A DNA stretch of 64,000 nt from an uncultured Verrucomicrobiae bacterium (GTDB lineage: Bacteria > Verrucomicrobiota > Verrucomicrobiia > Chthoniobacterales > UBA10450), in NCBI GenBank assembly GCA_963726745.1, contig CAVSDR010000003.1, positions 928,001 to 992,000 of the forward strand. Direction: 5' to 3'. The notes under the pieces were generated by a model that had not been told where the DNA came from, searched no databases, and saw only the letters and a list, made by a program, of their open reading frames with translations. The position numbers and the translations under genes are program-made. Below, in pieces: positions 19,289 to 29,372 of this stretch (position 1 is its first letter; each line of letters opens with the position of its first letter).

Positions 19289-20869
19289 ATGATGCAACCA
19301 AAGATTTTGTGCGGACTGGTGCTCGCAGTCGCCTGCGCCTGCTCAGGTGCGGCACAGGCGCAGGAACCGTCCCCGCCGGCGAGCGCCGCCGAGATCCAGG
19401 AATTGCGGGAGCAAGTCCAGGCGTTGACCGCGCTGGTGCAAACGCTCCAGCAACAGGTCCAGGCGCAAACCTCGCCGCCGCCGGCGGCCACGGCCGCAGC
19501 CTCGCCCTTGCCGGCCAATCCCGAGCCGTCACCTCTGCCCGCCGCGAGCGCGCCGCCGCTCTTCCCCACGAGCGACGAGGCGGTGGTCGCAAAAACAGAC
19601 AGCAACCTCTCGCCCGCGCCGCCGGTCAACGCCAACGGCGCCGCCTTTCCCACGAGCGACGCTGCCGTCACCGGCGGCAGTGCGACGAGCGAAACCGGCG
19701 CCGCCCTGGCGCAGCCGATTGCACTCGCCGGGGGTAACGGCGGCGGCGGGAAGACCTACATGAACATTTCCTTCGACGGGCTCTTCACCGTCGATGCTTC
19801 GAGCGCGCGCGACGTCAGCCGTCTCCAGGTGGGCGACCACGATCCGCAGCAGCGCGGCTTCAATGCGCGCAACTCCGAGCTCGCGCTCGATGGCGCGGTC
19901 GATCCGTATTTCGAAGGCTTCGCGAACATCGTTTTCAAACTGGATAACGACAACAACACCGAGGTCGAGATCGAGGAGGCGTTCCTGCAAACGACCAGCC
20001 TGCCTTTCGGTTTGCAGCTGAAAGGCGGGCAATTTTTTGCCGCCTTTGGCCGCCTGAACGCGACCCATCCGCACACCTGGGACTGGAGCGATGCGCCGCT
20101 CGTGCTGGGCCGGTTGCTTGGGCCCGATGGACTGCGCGGAGTGGGCGCGCAGCTTTCCTGGACGCTCCCGGTCTCGTGGTATTCGCAGTTTCTTTTCAGC
20201 GTGCAGAATGGCCGTGGCGGGACCGGCTACTCCTTCCGCAATCCCGGCGAGAACGGCCTGTTCTACGGCCGCCTAACGACCGATCGCGAGGCGCGCGGCT
20301 TGCAGGATTTCGTCTGGATCCCGCGCTGGGAAAATTCTTTCAATCTCAGCAGCACGCAGACGGTGCTCGGCGGGGTGTCGGCTGCTTTTGGCTCGAACGA
20401 GACCGGCGGCACTGCGCGCACGCAGATTTACGGGGCGGACTTGCTCTACAAATGGAAGAGCCCGCGCGCGGAAGGCGGCTTCCCGTTTGTGAAATGGCAG
20501 ACGGAAGCGATGTATCGCCGCTTCGAGGCCGGGCGCGGGATCGACCAGCTCTTTCCGGTCGCGGAAACTTTTCACGATTGGGGGCTTTATTCGCAGGTCA
20601 TGTGGGGCTTTCGGAGAGGCTGGATCGCGGGCGTGCGCGGCGAGCATTTGCACATGCAGGAAAGCGCTTTCACCGACGACGAGGTGCGCCAGACGCGCTC
20701 GAGGGTGTCGGCAAATTTAACCTGGCTGCCGACCGAGTTCTCGCGCCTGCGGCTGCAATACAACCACGATTTCCTCGAGGCGAACGACTTCCTCGCGAGC
20801 CGCGACGAAGATTCCCTCATCCTCCAGTTCGAGTTCATCCTCGGCGCACACGGCGCGCATAAATTCTAA
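19289..20869 (+). CDS. Outer-membrane beta-barrel associated with metal uptake
   Basis: Signal peptide, coiled coil, GDHDP, AVDPYF, FGRLNATHPH, PTEFSRLRLQY, terminal GAHGAHKF. SD-like GGGGAG before the ATG. Confidence 0.75.
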   Translation: MMQPKILCGLVLAVACACSGAAQAQEPSPPASAAEIQELREQVQALTALVQTLQQQVQAQTSPPPAATAAASPLPANPEPSPLPAASAPPLFPTSDEAVVAKTDSNLSPAPPVNANGAAFPTSDAAVTGGSATSETGAALAQPIALAGGNGGGGKTYMNISFDGLFTVDASSARDVSRLQVGDHDPQQRGFNARNSELALDGAVDPYFEGFANIVFKLDNDNNTEVEIEEAFLQTTSLPFGLQLKGGQFFAAFGRLNATHPHTWDWSDAPLVLGRLLGPDGLRGVGAQLSWTLPVSWYSQFLFSVQNGRGGTGYSFRNPGENGLFYGRLTTDREARGLQDFVWIPRWENSFNLSSTQTVLGGVSAAFGSNETGGTARTQIYGADLLYKWKSPRAEGGFPFVKWQTEAMYRRFEAGRGIDQLFPVAETFHDWGLYSQVMWGFRRGWIAGVRGEHLHMQESAFTDDEVRQTRSRVSANLTWLPTEFSRLRLQYNHDFLEANDFLASRDEDSLILQFEFILGAHGAHKF

Positions 20870-20874
20870 ACCAT

Positions 20875-21773
20875 ATGAAGAAACTACTCGTTAGCCTGTC
20901 GGCTATTTTCTGCTGCGCCTGGGCGCGCAGGCCAAGCTCAACGTCGTCACCACCCTGCCGGACCTGGGCGCGCTCGCGCGGGAAATCGGCGGCGACAAAG
21001 TCGACGTCACCACCATGGCCAAGCCGACGGAGGATCCGCACTTCGTCGATGCGCGCCCAAGCTTTGTCGTGCAGTTGCGCAATGCCGACGCCTTGATCGA
21101 AGGCGGAGCGGAGCTCGAGCTCGGCTGGCTCCCGCCGCTCCTGCAAAACGCGCGCAACCCCAAGATCGAAGTCGGCAAGCCCGGGCGCATCCAGGCTTCC
21201 GCCGGAGTCCGCCTGATGAATGTGCCGGCTAATGTCACCCGTGCGGCGGGCGACGTGCACGCGCTCGGCAATCCGCACTTCGCGATCGATCCGATCATTG
21301 CCAAGACGATCGCCGCGCACATCGCGCAATCCTTCGGCGAAATCGATCCGCCAACGCCGCTTCCTACACCGCGAACGCAAAAGAGATTCGAGGAAACGAT
21401 CAACGCCAAGCTGCAGGAGTGGGGCGCGGCCATGCTTCCGTTCAAAGGCCAGCATGTCGTCGCCTATCACGATTCCTGGCCCTACTTCGCGCACCGTTTT
21501 GGCGTCGAGATCGATACCTTCCTGGAGCCGAAGCCTGGCATCCCGCCTTCGCCCTCCCACCTTGCGGAAGTGATCGGGCAGATCAAAGCGCAGAAGATCA
21601 AGGCGATCATCGTGGAGCCTTTCCACGATCGGAAAATTGCCGAGAAAGTCGCGAGCGCGACCGGCGCCAAGGTGGTCGACTTCGCGCAATATCCCGGCGC
21701 GCTCCCGGACACGGAGACCTATGTGAAACTGATCGATGCGCTCGTTAGCCGGCTCTCGTCGGCGATGAAATAG
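20875..21773 (+). CDS. Zn/Mn ABC-type substrate-binding protein (ZnuA/TroA family; shifts near 20920 and 21350-21380)
   Basis: LNVVTTLPDL in a frame shifted from the signal peptide; EDPHF, DVHALGNPH, YHDSWPYF, EPKPGIPPSPSH. Confidence 0.85.
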
Positions 21774-21777
21774 CCTT

Positions 21778-22593
21778 ATGTGGGACGTCATGTTCTGGCC
21801 CATCGTGGCCTGCGTTCTTCTCCCCTGGCTCCTGGTCTATCTCGGACTGCACGTGGTCCAGCGGGGAATTATTTTTATCGATATCGCGATGGCGCAGATG
21901 GCCTCGTTAGGCATTTGCGTGGCGCTGCTTTTCCGGATCGATCTCCATAGCCCAATCACCTTCGCGATTGCGCTCGGCTTTACCTTGCTCGCGGCGGCGC
22001 TGTTTTCCTTTACCGGAAAACGCGCCAGCGAAGTGCCGCAGGAAGCGATCATCGGCATCGCTTACGTGGTCGCGGCCGCGGCTGCCGTGCTCATGCTCAG
22101 CCGCGCGGCCGAGGGGGACGAGGAGATCAAGCAGATGCTTGTGGGCAACATCCTGCTGGTCTCACCGAGCGATGTCTGGATTTGCTTTGGGCTCTTCGTG
22201 GCCGTGGGGGTGTTCCACTTTCTCCTGCGGAAGAATTTCCTCCTGGTTTCCTTCGATCGCGATGCCGCCTATCACCGCGGGCTCATCGTGCGCTGGTGGG
22301 ATTTTCTCTTCTACGCCGCCTTCGGCCTGGTCGTGACCAGCTTCGTCCGCATCGCCGGGGTGCTCCTGGTTTTCAGTTATCTGATCGTGCCGGCGGTCTG
22401 CGGGATTACCCTCGCGCGCCGGACCGGGGCGCGCTTGCTCATCGGTTGGCTGGTCGCGCTGATCGGCGGAGTGGCCGGGTTGTTTTTCTCCTTTTACGGC
22501 GACCTGCCCTCGGGCGCCGCGATCGTCTGCACCTTCGGCGCGTTGCTCGTGCTCGTGACCCTGCTCTCGCTCTTCCGGCGAGCGGCGGCCTAG
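21778..22593 (+). CDS. Metal ABC-3 permease (ZnuB family)
   Basis: YLGLHVVQRGIIFIDIAMAQ, EAIIG, GVLLVFSYLIVPA, DLPSGAAIV. Confidence 0.85.
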   Translation: MWDVMFWPIVACVLLPWLLVYLGLHVVQRGIIFIDIAMAQMASLGICVALLFRIDLHSPITFAIALGFTLLAAALFSFTGKRASEVPQEAIIGIAYVVAAAAAVLMLSRAAEGDEEIKQMLVGNILLVSPSDVWICFGLFVAVGVFHFLLRKNFLLVSFDRDAAYHRGLIVRWWDFLFYAAFGLVVTSFVRIAGVLLVFSYLIVPAVCGITLARRTGARLLIGWLVALIGGVAGLFFSFYGDLPSGAAIVCTFGALLVLVTLLSLFRRAAA

Positions 22594-25112
22594 CGCCACT
22601 CGTGCTTCGGGTATTTGCGCTGCAGCTCTTTTTTGAGCTTCGGGTATTGCTCCGCCCAGAAGCCGGCGAGATCGCTTGTGACCTGGATCGGGCGATGATT
22701 CGGCGCCAGCACTTGCATGACTAACGAGACTCGGCCGCGGGCGATCGTGAGGTTGCGCTCGACGCCGTAAAGATCCTGGATGCGCGCAGCCACCACCGGC
22801 GCGCTTGTGAGGTGGTAGGTTATTTTCGCCTTCCGGCCTTTCGGCAACTCCAGCCGCTCAGGCGCGAGTTGATCGACCTGCTGCTGCTGCTCCCAGGTGA
22901 GCCACGATTTCACCGCAGGCCAGACCGGGCGTTCCTTGATTTCCTTGTAACCCAAGGCGCCGCGGCAGACTTCCTCGATCATCAAGCGCTTCTCCGCCTC
23001 GCCCACGGTCGGGAATTGCAACTCCGGAAACCACTGCGCGACGCAGTTCACGCGCACGAGCCATTGCTCGACTGCGTTGTCCCAATTCTTCAGCGGACAA
23101 GCGCCCGCGAGCACCTGCTCCGCGAGCAAGGCCGCCGCCTGCTCCTCGCTGGGATTAGCCGGCGCGCTCCGCAAGACGAGGTCATGAAACGCGGTCAACT
23201 TTTTGCCGACGACGCGCCGCATCGTCGGATCGAACGCGACCTCGATCTCCTCGCGAAACGCCTCGGGGAAAAGCTCGCGCAGCCATTCCTCCTCGATCTT
23301 CGTCCCAAGGGTGAGCAGCGTCTGCAACTCGCCGCCGGTCTCGATCTCGCGGATCTCGGAAGCAACCAGGAGCGGCGCGCGATGGACCACGCTTTCGCGC
23401 GCGAGCACCCCGCGCCGGCCATGCACCAGCGCACAGCGAAGCGTTCCCTGGTCCAGCCGGAGCGCCACTTGATCGGGAAACCCGGCGAGGACGCAGCGCT
23501 GGATCGCGCCCGGCAGCAGGCTCGTTCGGCGAGACGTCGAGGCCTTCCTTGCGCGCGATCTCGAGGAACTGCTCCGCCAGTTGAGCGGCCTCGCGCGCCG
23601 CCGGCGCGTTCACTGAGAGCCGGGCGCAACGCCGCGGATCGAAGTCGTTCTTTTCCGCGAAGCGAAAGGCGCGCGTGAGGATGAAAAGATCCGAATCGTC
23701 GTCGTCGCCTAACAAGTCGTTGCGGTCGTCGCGCGCCTGTTTGCCCTCGGCCCGGCGCAGGAGATTGCGCCCCTGCGTAACCGCGGCGATGAGCGCAATC
23801 GCGCGCACGCAGCGTATTCCTGCGCCGCCAGGAGCATGCGCGCGTAGCGCGGGTGCAGCGGGAAGGCGAGCATCCGCTGGCCGAGCGGGGTGATCTCGCC
23901 GGCTAAAATCGCGCCGAGGTCGCCTAACAAACGCTCGGCGCCCTCGAGCGCGCGCGGGTCGGGCGGCTCGAGCCAGCGGAACTTGCCGACATCTTCCACC
24001 CCGCTGGCCTTGAGCGTGAGCACGACCTCCGCGAGGTCGAGCCGCTTCACTTCCGGCAATTCCTGCGCGGCGCGCTCGAGATGCTCGCGCTCGGTCCAAA
24101 GCCGGAGGCAATGCCCGGGCGCGGTCCGGCCGGCGCGGCCGGCGCGTTGATCGGCCGCGGCGCGGCTGATCTTTTCCACGAGCAAAGTGTTGATCCCACG
24201 CCGCGGATCAAAGCGCGCGATCCGCGCCAGCCCGGCATCGATGACCACGCGCACGCCCTCGATCGTGAGCGAAGTTTCGGCGACGTTGGTCGCGATGATG
24301 ACCTTGCGTTTTTCGTAACGGGCGAGCGCGGCGTCCTGCTCCGCGGGCTGTAACTCGCCATGCAACGGCACGACGACAAAGTGCTGGCTAATCCTGGAAG
24401 CGCGGACGGCGTTGAGGGTGCGGCCGATCTCGTATTTCCCCGGCATGAAGATGAGCACGTCGCCTTCGGTCGAGCGCGCCAGCCTAACGAGTTCTTCCAC
24501 GGCCAGGTCCCAGACCGGGAAGTCGCCGGCTGATTTCGGCAGATACTCGACCGTGACCGGATGCTGCCGCCCGCCAGAGGTAAGGGTGGAGCAGGGCTGG
24601 AGGAATTTCTCGAGCGCGCCGGTATCGAGCGTGGCGGACATGACCACGACCTGGAGATCGGGGCGCGCGGTTTCCTGCAGGTGCAAGGCGCGCGCGAGGG
24701 TGATGTCGCCGTAGAGATGGCGCTCGTGAAATTCGTCGAAGAGGATTGCGGAAACGCCGCGGAGTTGCGGATCCTTGATCAGTTGCCGCAGGAGAATGCC
24801 CTCGGTGACGAAGCGGATGCGCGTGCGCCGGGAGACGACATTCTCGAAGCGAATCTGGTAGCCGACTTCGTCGCCTAATTTGCCAGCACGCTCATGGGCC
24901 ACGCGGGCCGCCAGCATGCGCGCGGCAATGCGGCGCGGCTGCAGAATGACCACCTCGCCTTCGCCGAGCAAATCGTGCTCGAGCAGCATCTGCGGCACCT
25001 GGGTGGATTTCCCGGAGCCAGTCGGGGCCTGCAGGATCAGGCGCGGGCGTTCGCGCAACGCGCTGACGATTTCCGCCTCGAGCTCGTAGATCGGAAGGTC
25101 GCGCGGCGCCAT
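22590..25112 (-). CDS. hrpB: ATP-dependent RNA helicase HrpB (frameshifts near 23510 and 23810)
   Basis: APTGSGKST, DEFHER, MSAT, ATNVAETSLT, QRAGRAGR; C-terminal LAPNHRPIQVTSDLAGFW and RKYPKHEW. Confidence 0.92.
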
Positions 25113-25115
25113 CGC

Positions 25116-26744
25116 TTAAGGCTGCTCTTTCCGCCGCCGCAGCAAATCGCCCACGGCGTCGACCAGCAAAACCAGTCCGGCGCAGGTGGCGAGCAGGGTG
25201 AAGGAATATTGGAGCATGGTGTAGCGATGGATGTGCAGCGAATGCACGATCGCGGTGCCGAGGCTGTTCCCGAACGGGTAGGCAAAAAGGAAAAGCGTGA
25301 GCAGCGTCAAGGGTCCATAACGTGCCCGCCACCCGGGCCAAAACAGGAGCGCAACAGCCAGGGCGAGCGTGCCCAGGAAGACGACCAGAAAGGCGTGCGC
25401 GAGGAGATTATTTGCCCGGCGCACGCTCCAGGATTGCACGACATCCGCCGGCGTCTGCTGGAGCTCGCGGGAATGCGCGAGGTATTCCTGCAAGGGCGGG
25501 AACGGAGCATTATCCCGCGCGCGGCCATCGAGGACGCGATTGCTTTTCTGGTAGTAGCCGTCAAAGCGCGCGTGCTTTTGCCCGATGAAGGCGGGGTTGT
25601 TCCAGCGATAAAAAATCGCCATCTGGCTGGTTATTTTCCGGAGCATCGCGCCCGGGCGATGGCGCATCGTGCGCCAGAAGTAGTCGCGGAAGAATTGCAT
25701 CTGCAGGTGGTAATCGGGGAAGAAACGCGGCGTCCAACGATGCAAGCCATCGACGTGGAAGAGGAGATAATCCGGGTCGAACCCGAAGGAGCTGTAGTGG
25801 TGGCTGTGGGCCCACGAGCGCGCCATCGCGTCGTGTAAACTCGCGACCACTTCGCCAAACCAGGCGCAGCCTTGGGGCGGGCAAAGCCCGCGCGCGAGGT
25901 CCTCGTCCATCTGCTGCACGATCAGGTTCGCGTGAATCGTGAAGAGGCTTTCGGCCATGATGTTGTGGGCGTCGTCGTCCGGCTCGGCCATTTTGCGCTC
26001 GAAGAGAACGACCGTGAGCGCAGCGGCGAGGCCGAGCGCGAGCACCGCCAAGCGCCGCCGCCAGGTGGCGCGACGATCGAAGAGCGCGACCACGACGAGC
26101 CCCGCGCTGAAGAGCACGCTGATCCCAAAGCTGGTCTTGATCGTGACCAGGAGGACGGAGTTTACGAGCACGCCGCAGGCAAGCGCCGCGGTTCCACGGT
26201 TGAAACCCTGCGCGCGCCAGCGCGCGAAAAAGAGGAGCGAGAGGTAGATGTTCAGAAGCGCGAAAAAAGGCGCGATGCCCTCCGGGCGAATCTGGTGCTC
26301 GAAGACGATCGGCCGATTCGCCAGGAGATAGACCGCGACCATGCCCAGCCCGAGAAAACGATGCCACCAGCGCGGCACGAAACGCAGGAGCGGTGCGAGT
26401 TGATTCCACGAAAGCAGGAGGAGCACGCCGGTCCCGAGCCCGAGAAGATGCTGCACCACACTGAGCGCGCGAAAATCACGCACCGCGCTGAGCACCAGCC
26501 AAACGAAGCCGGGATAGAGGAAGTTTCGCCCGTCGGTGTGTTGAAAGCCGGTGCCGGAAAGCTTCGAGATTGCTGGGTAGAGGTAGCCCCAGGTATCGGG
26601 ATCGGCCAGGGGCCATTGCGGCAGGCGAAAACGCAGAGCCGCGCCGCCCGCGAAGATGAGCGCCAGCAGCAGGCCGTAAAGAACGGCGCGTCCAAGGGCG
26701 AAGCTGCGCGCGTTTGAGTTCACAAGGTGAGCACTGGCTTTCAA
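25116..26744 (-). CDS. Polytopic membrane protein, possible GT-C-fold glycosyltransferase
   Basis: TM1 followed by DPDTWGY, R..LYP and EH.IRPE; many TM helices plus a large loop; late RY motif. Confidence 0.55.
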   Translation of the reverse strand: MKASAHLVNSNARSFALGRAVLYGLLLALIFAGGAALRFRLPQWPLADPDTWGYLYPAISKLSGTGFQHTDGRNFLYPGFVWLVLSAVRDFRALSVVQHLLGLGTGVLLLLSWNQLAPLLRFVPRWWHRFLGLGMVAVYLLANRPIVFEHQIRPEGIAPFFALLNIYLSLLFFARWRAQGFNRGTAALACGVLVNSVLLVTIKTSFGISVLFSAGLVVVALFDRRATWRRRLAVLALGLAAALTVVLFERKMAEPDDDAHNIMAESLFTIHANLIVQQMDEDLARGLCPPQGCAWFGEVVASLHDAMARSWAHSHHYSSFGFDPDYLLFHVDGLHRWTPRFFPDYHLQMQFFRDYFWRTMRHRPGAMLRKITSQMAIFYRWNNPAFIGQKHARFDGYYQKSNRVLDGRARDNAPFPPLQEYLAHSRELQQTPADVVQSWSVRRANNLLAHAFLVVFLGTLALAVALLFWPGWRARYGPLTLLTLFLFAYPFGNSLGTAIVHSLHIHRYTMLQYSFTLLATCAGLVLLVDAVGDLLRRRKEQP

Positions 26745-26839
26745 CGGAACGGGAACATTGCAGGGAAACGCCTTTTTGCACTTTCCGCGGAACCGGCGAA
26801 GCTCCCCGCACGCGATGACTCCGAGGGGCTGGCCGCACG

Positions 26840-27976
26840 ATGATTAACGCGCATACACGGCTGCTTTTTTTCGCCCCGCATCCCGACGACGAGAGTCTCG
26901 CCGGCGGCGGCTTGCTGCAACGCGCGGTCGCCGCGGGCGCGGAAGTGCGGGTGGTCTTCGCGACCAACGGCGACAACAATCCCTGGCCGCATCGCCTGGT
27001 GCAGCGGCAATGGAAAATCGAAGTGGGCGACCAGATGCTCTGGGGCATGCGCCGCGCGCAGGAAGCGCTGGATGCGCTCGACATTCTCGGCCTGCCCGCG
27101 AGCGCAGCGGAGTTTCTCCATTTGCCTGACCAGCGCGTGACCGAGCTTTTCCTGCGGAACGATCCGGAGACCGTCCGGCGAATCACGCGGATCGTAGAAC
27201 AGTTTCGGCCGACATTATTGGTCGCGCCGGCGCCGTTCGACATTCATCCCGATCACAGCGCGCTCTGGCTGCTGATTCAGCAAGCCTGCCTGCGCGCGGC
27301 CTGCGCGCCGCCGGAGCAACTGGCCTTCGCGGTGCATGGCCGCGGTTATCATTCGGACTGGCACGCGGAGGAGTTGAACCTCTCAATGCGGGAGCAAATC
27401 GTGAAACGCGCCGCCGTGCTCAGCCATGATTCGCAAATGATCCTGAGCCGCCGCCGTTTCCTCGCGCACGTGACCCCGCGGGAACGTTTTTGGCGTGCGA
27501 CCGCGCCGCGCGAAAACGATCCCGGGCATCCGGTGCGAAGCGCGCGCGTCGAGGCGAATACCCTCGTCCTGCAGCTGCGCCGGCGTCAGCGCGCCGGCAG
27601 TTTTGCGCGCTGCCGCTTGATGCTCGCGCTCGAGCACGGGCTCGCCGGCCGGGCGCAGCGCTGGGTGGTGAGCTTGCCGGCTAATTCCCGCCGCGCCTCC
27701 GTGTGCGAGGCGAGCAGCGGCGCGGAACTGGCCCTGGCCCAGGTGCGCACGCAGGGCGTGCATGCGGAAGTGCGCGTGCCGCTTCCAGCGCCGGAAACGC
27801 TCACCCACGTCTTCGCCAAGCTGCTCGAGCCGGCGCTCTTTTTCGATGTCGCCGGCTGGCGGGAAATCCCCACCGCGCCCACCCTCGCGCCGGCGTCGCT
27901 CAACGGTCACAGCATGTCGCTGGCGCCGCAGCGCCGTCGCCGGTTGCTCCCGCTCAGGGCGAAAGCCGCTCGATAA
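26840..27976 (+). CDS. PIG-L-family deacetylase with C-terminal extension
   Basis: APHPDDESL, DIHPDH, KRAAVLSHDSQ. Confidence 0.85.
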   Translation: MINAHTRLLFFAPHPDDESLAGGGLLQRAVAAGAEVRVVFATNGDNNPWPHRLVQRQWKIEVGDQMLWGMRRAQEALDALDILGLPASAAEFLHLPDQRVTELFLRNDPETVRRITRIVEQFRPTLLVAPAPFDIHPDHSALWLLIQQACLRAACAPPEQLAFAVHGRGYHSDWHAEELNLSMREQIVKRAAVLSHDSQMILSRRRFLAHVTPRERFWRATAPRENDPGHPVRSARVEANTLVLQLRRRQRAGSFARCRLMLALEHGLAGRAQRWVVSLPANSRRASVCEASSGAELALAQVRTQGVHAEVRVPLPAPETLTHVFAKLLEPALFFDVAGWREIPTAPTLAPASLNGHSMSLAPQRRRRLLPLRAKAAR

Positions 27977-28610
27977 ACCAGGCAGCGCCGGCTGCTTCGC
28001 GGCGGTAGCGGAAGCGATCGTGCAAGCGGTTCGTGCGGCCCTGCCAAAACTCAATCGTGTGCGGGACCACGCGGTAGCCGCCCCAATGCTCCGGCAGCGG
28101 CACCTCGCTCCCGGCAAAACGCTCCCCGGCCGCGGCCAGCTGCTCTTCGAGCGCTTCCCGGCTCGCGACCACCTCGCTTTGCGCCGAGGCCCAGGCTCCG
28201 AGCTGACTGCCTTTCGGCCGCGAATGAAAATAAGCTTCGGCCTCTGCCACCGAGGTCTTCTCGACCGTGCCTTCGATGCGCACCTGGCGCTCAAGTTGCA
28301 CCCAAAAAAGGATAAGCGCGGCGCGCGGGTTCGCGGCCAGCTGGCGGCCTTTGTCGCTCGCGTAGTTGGTGAAGAAAACGAAGCCGCGCTCGCTGACGCC
28401 CTTGAGCAAAACGATGCGCGCAAAAGGCGCGCCGTCTGGAGAAGCGGTCGCCAGGGTCATCGCATTCACGTCGCGGATCTGCGAAAGGGCGGCGGCTTCG
28501 CCAAACCAAATCTCGAATTGCTTGATCGGGTCCGGATCGAGGTCCGACCGGTGCAGTCCGCGGGCGGTGTAATCTTCGCGCAGCGCCGCCAGGTCGATCG
28601 AGTTGCTCAC
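27954..28610 (-). CDS. pdxH: Pyridoxine/pyridoxamine 5'-phosphate oxidase
   Basis: LREDY, ARIVLLK, FFTNYAS.KG, RQVRIEG, EFWQGRTNRLHDR. Confidence 0.95.
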   Translation of the reverse strand: MSNSIDLAALREDYTARGLHRSDLDPDPIKQFEIWFGEAAALSQIRDVNAMTLATASPDGAPFARIVLLKGVSERGFVFFTNYASDKGRQLAANPRAALILFWVQLERQVRIEGTVEKTSVAEAEAYFHSRPKGSQLGAWASAQSEVVASREALEEQLAAAGERFAGSEVPLPEHWGGYRVVPHTIEFWQGRTNRLHDRFRYRREAAGAAWFIERLSP

Positions 28611-28685
28611 GGCAGCTAACACGCAGCCAAGGCACGGAGGTGTCAAGCGTGGCCCTCCTCTTGCTTTGAGTCGTTATACCCTCTG

Positions 28686-29372
28686 ATGAAAACGACTCGT
28701 GTCCTTGCTTTCTGCCTTGGGCTGCTGCTGCTCCCGCACACCAGCCGCAGCGCCGTTCTCTATACCTACGATTTCCCAGGCAGCCCGGGGTCGGGGCTGG
28801 CCTCCGCGCAAACCAATCCCCAACCGCCGAAGGCAACTTTTAGCGACTTCACCCGGGCCGCCAGCCTCGCGGCGACGACCAGCGCCAGCGGCAACAACGT
28901 TTTTTCCAGCAATGGCTGGGGCACCGGCGCAGCCTTCGACCCGGCCCAATATGTCGGCTATTCCATCGCCGCGGCGACCGGCTTTGTGCTCAATCTCACC
29001 AGCATTGACTTCCTCGCAGGCCGCTCCGCCACAGGCCCGACAAGCGCCCGCGCGAGCCTTTTCCTGAACGGCGTCGCCACCCCGTACGCCTCGCTGGACT
29101 TTACCCCCGCGACGAGCCTTGGCGCCTTTACGCTCAACTTCCCCGCACTCACCAGCGCCAGCAATGTCAGCTCCGCCGAGATTCGCTTCTACGGGTGGAG
29201 CGGCGGCGGCGGTCGATTGGACTTCGATGATGTCGCGACCAACGGCGCCACCGCCGTGGCGACCGTGCCGGAAGCCTCCGCCATTGTCCCAGTCCTTCTG
29301 CTGCTCGCGGCGATCACGGGCGCCGAGGTCCGCCGGCACCGGCGGGGCGCGTTGCGCCTAACGAGCGGTTAA
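28686..29372 (+). CDS. PEP-CTERM sorting-domain surface protein
   Basis: Signal peptide, Ser/Thr/Ala-rich body, VPEAS + TM + RRHRR tail. Confidence 0.85.
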   Translation: MKTTRVLAFCLGLLLLPHTSRSAVLYTYDFPGSPGSGLASAQTNPQPPKATFSDFTRAASLAATTSASGNNVFSSNGWGTGAAFDPAQYVGYSIAAATGFVLNLTSIDFLAGRSATGPTSARASLFLNGVATPYASLDFTPATSLGAFTLNFPALTSASNVSSAEIRFYGWSGGGGRLDFDDVATNGATAVATVPEASAIVPVLLLLAAITGAEVRRHRRGALRLTSG

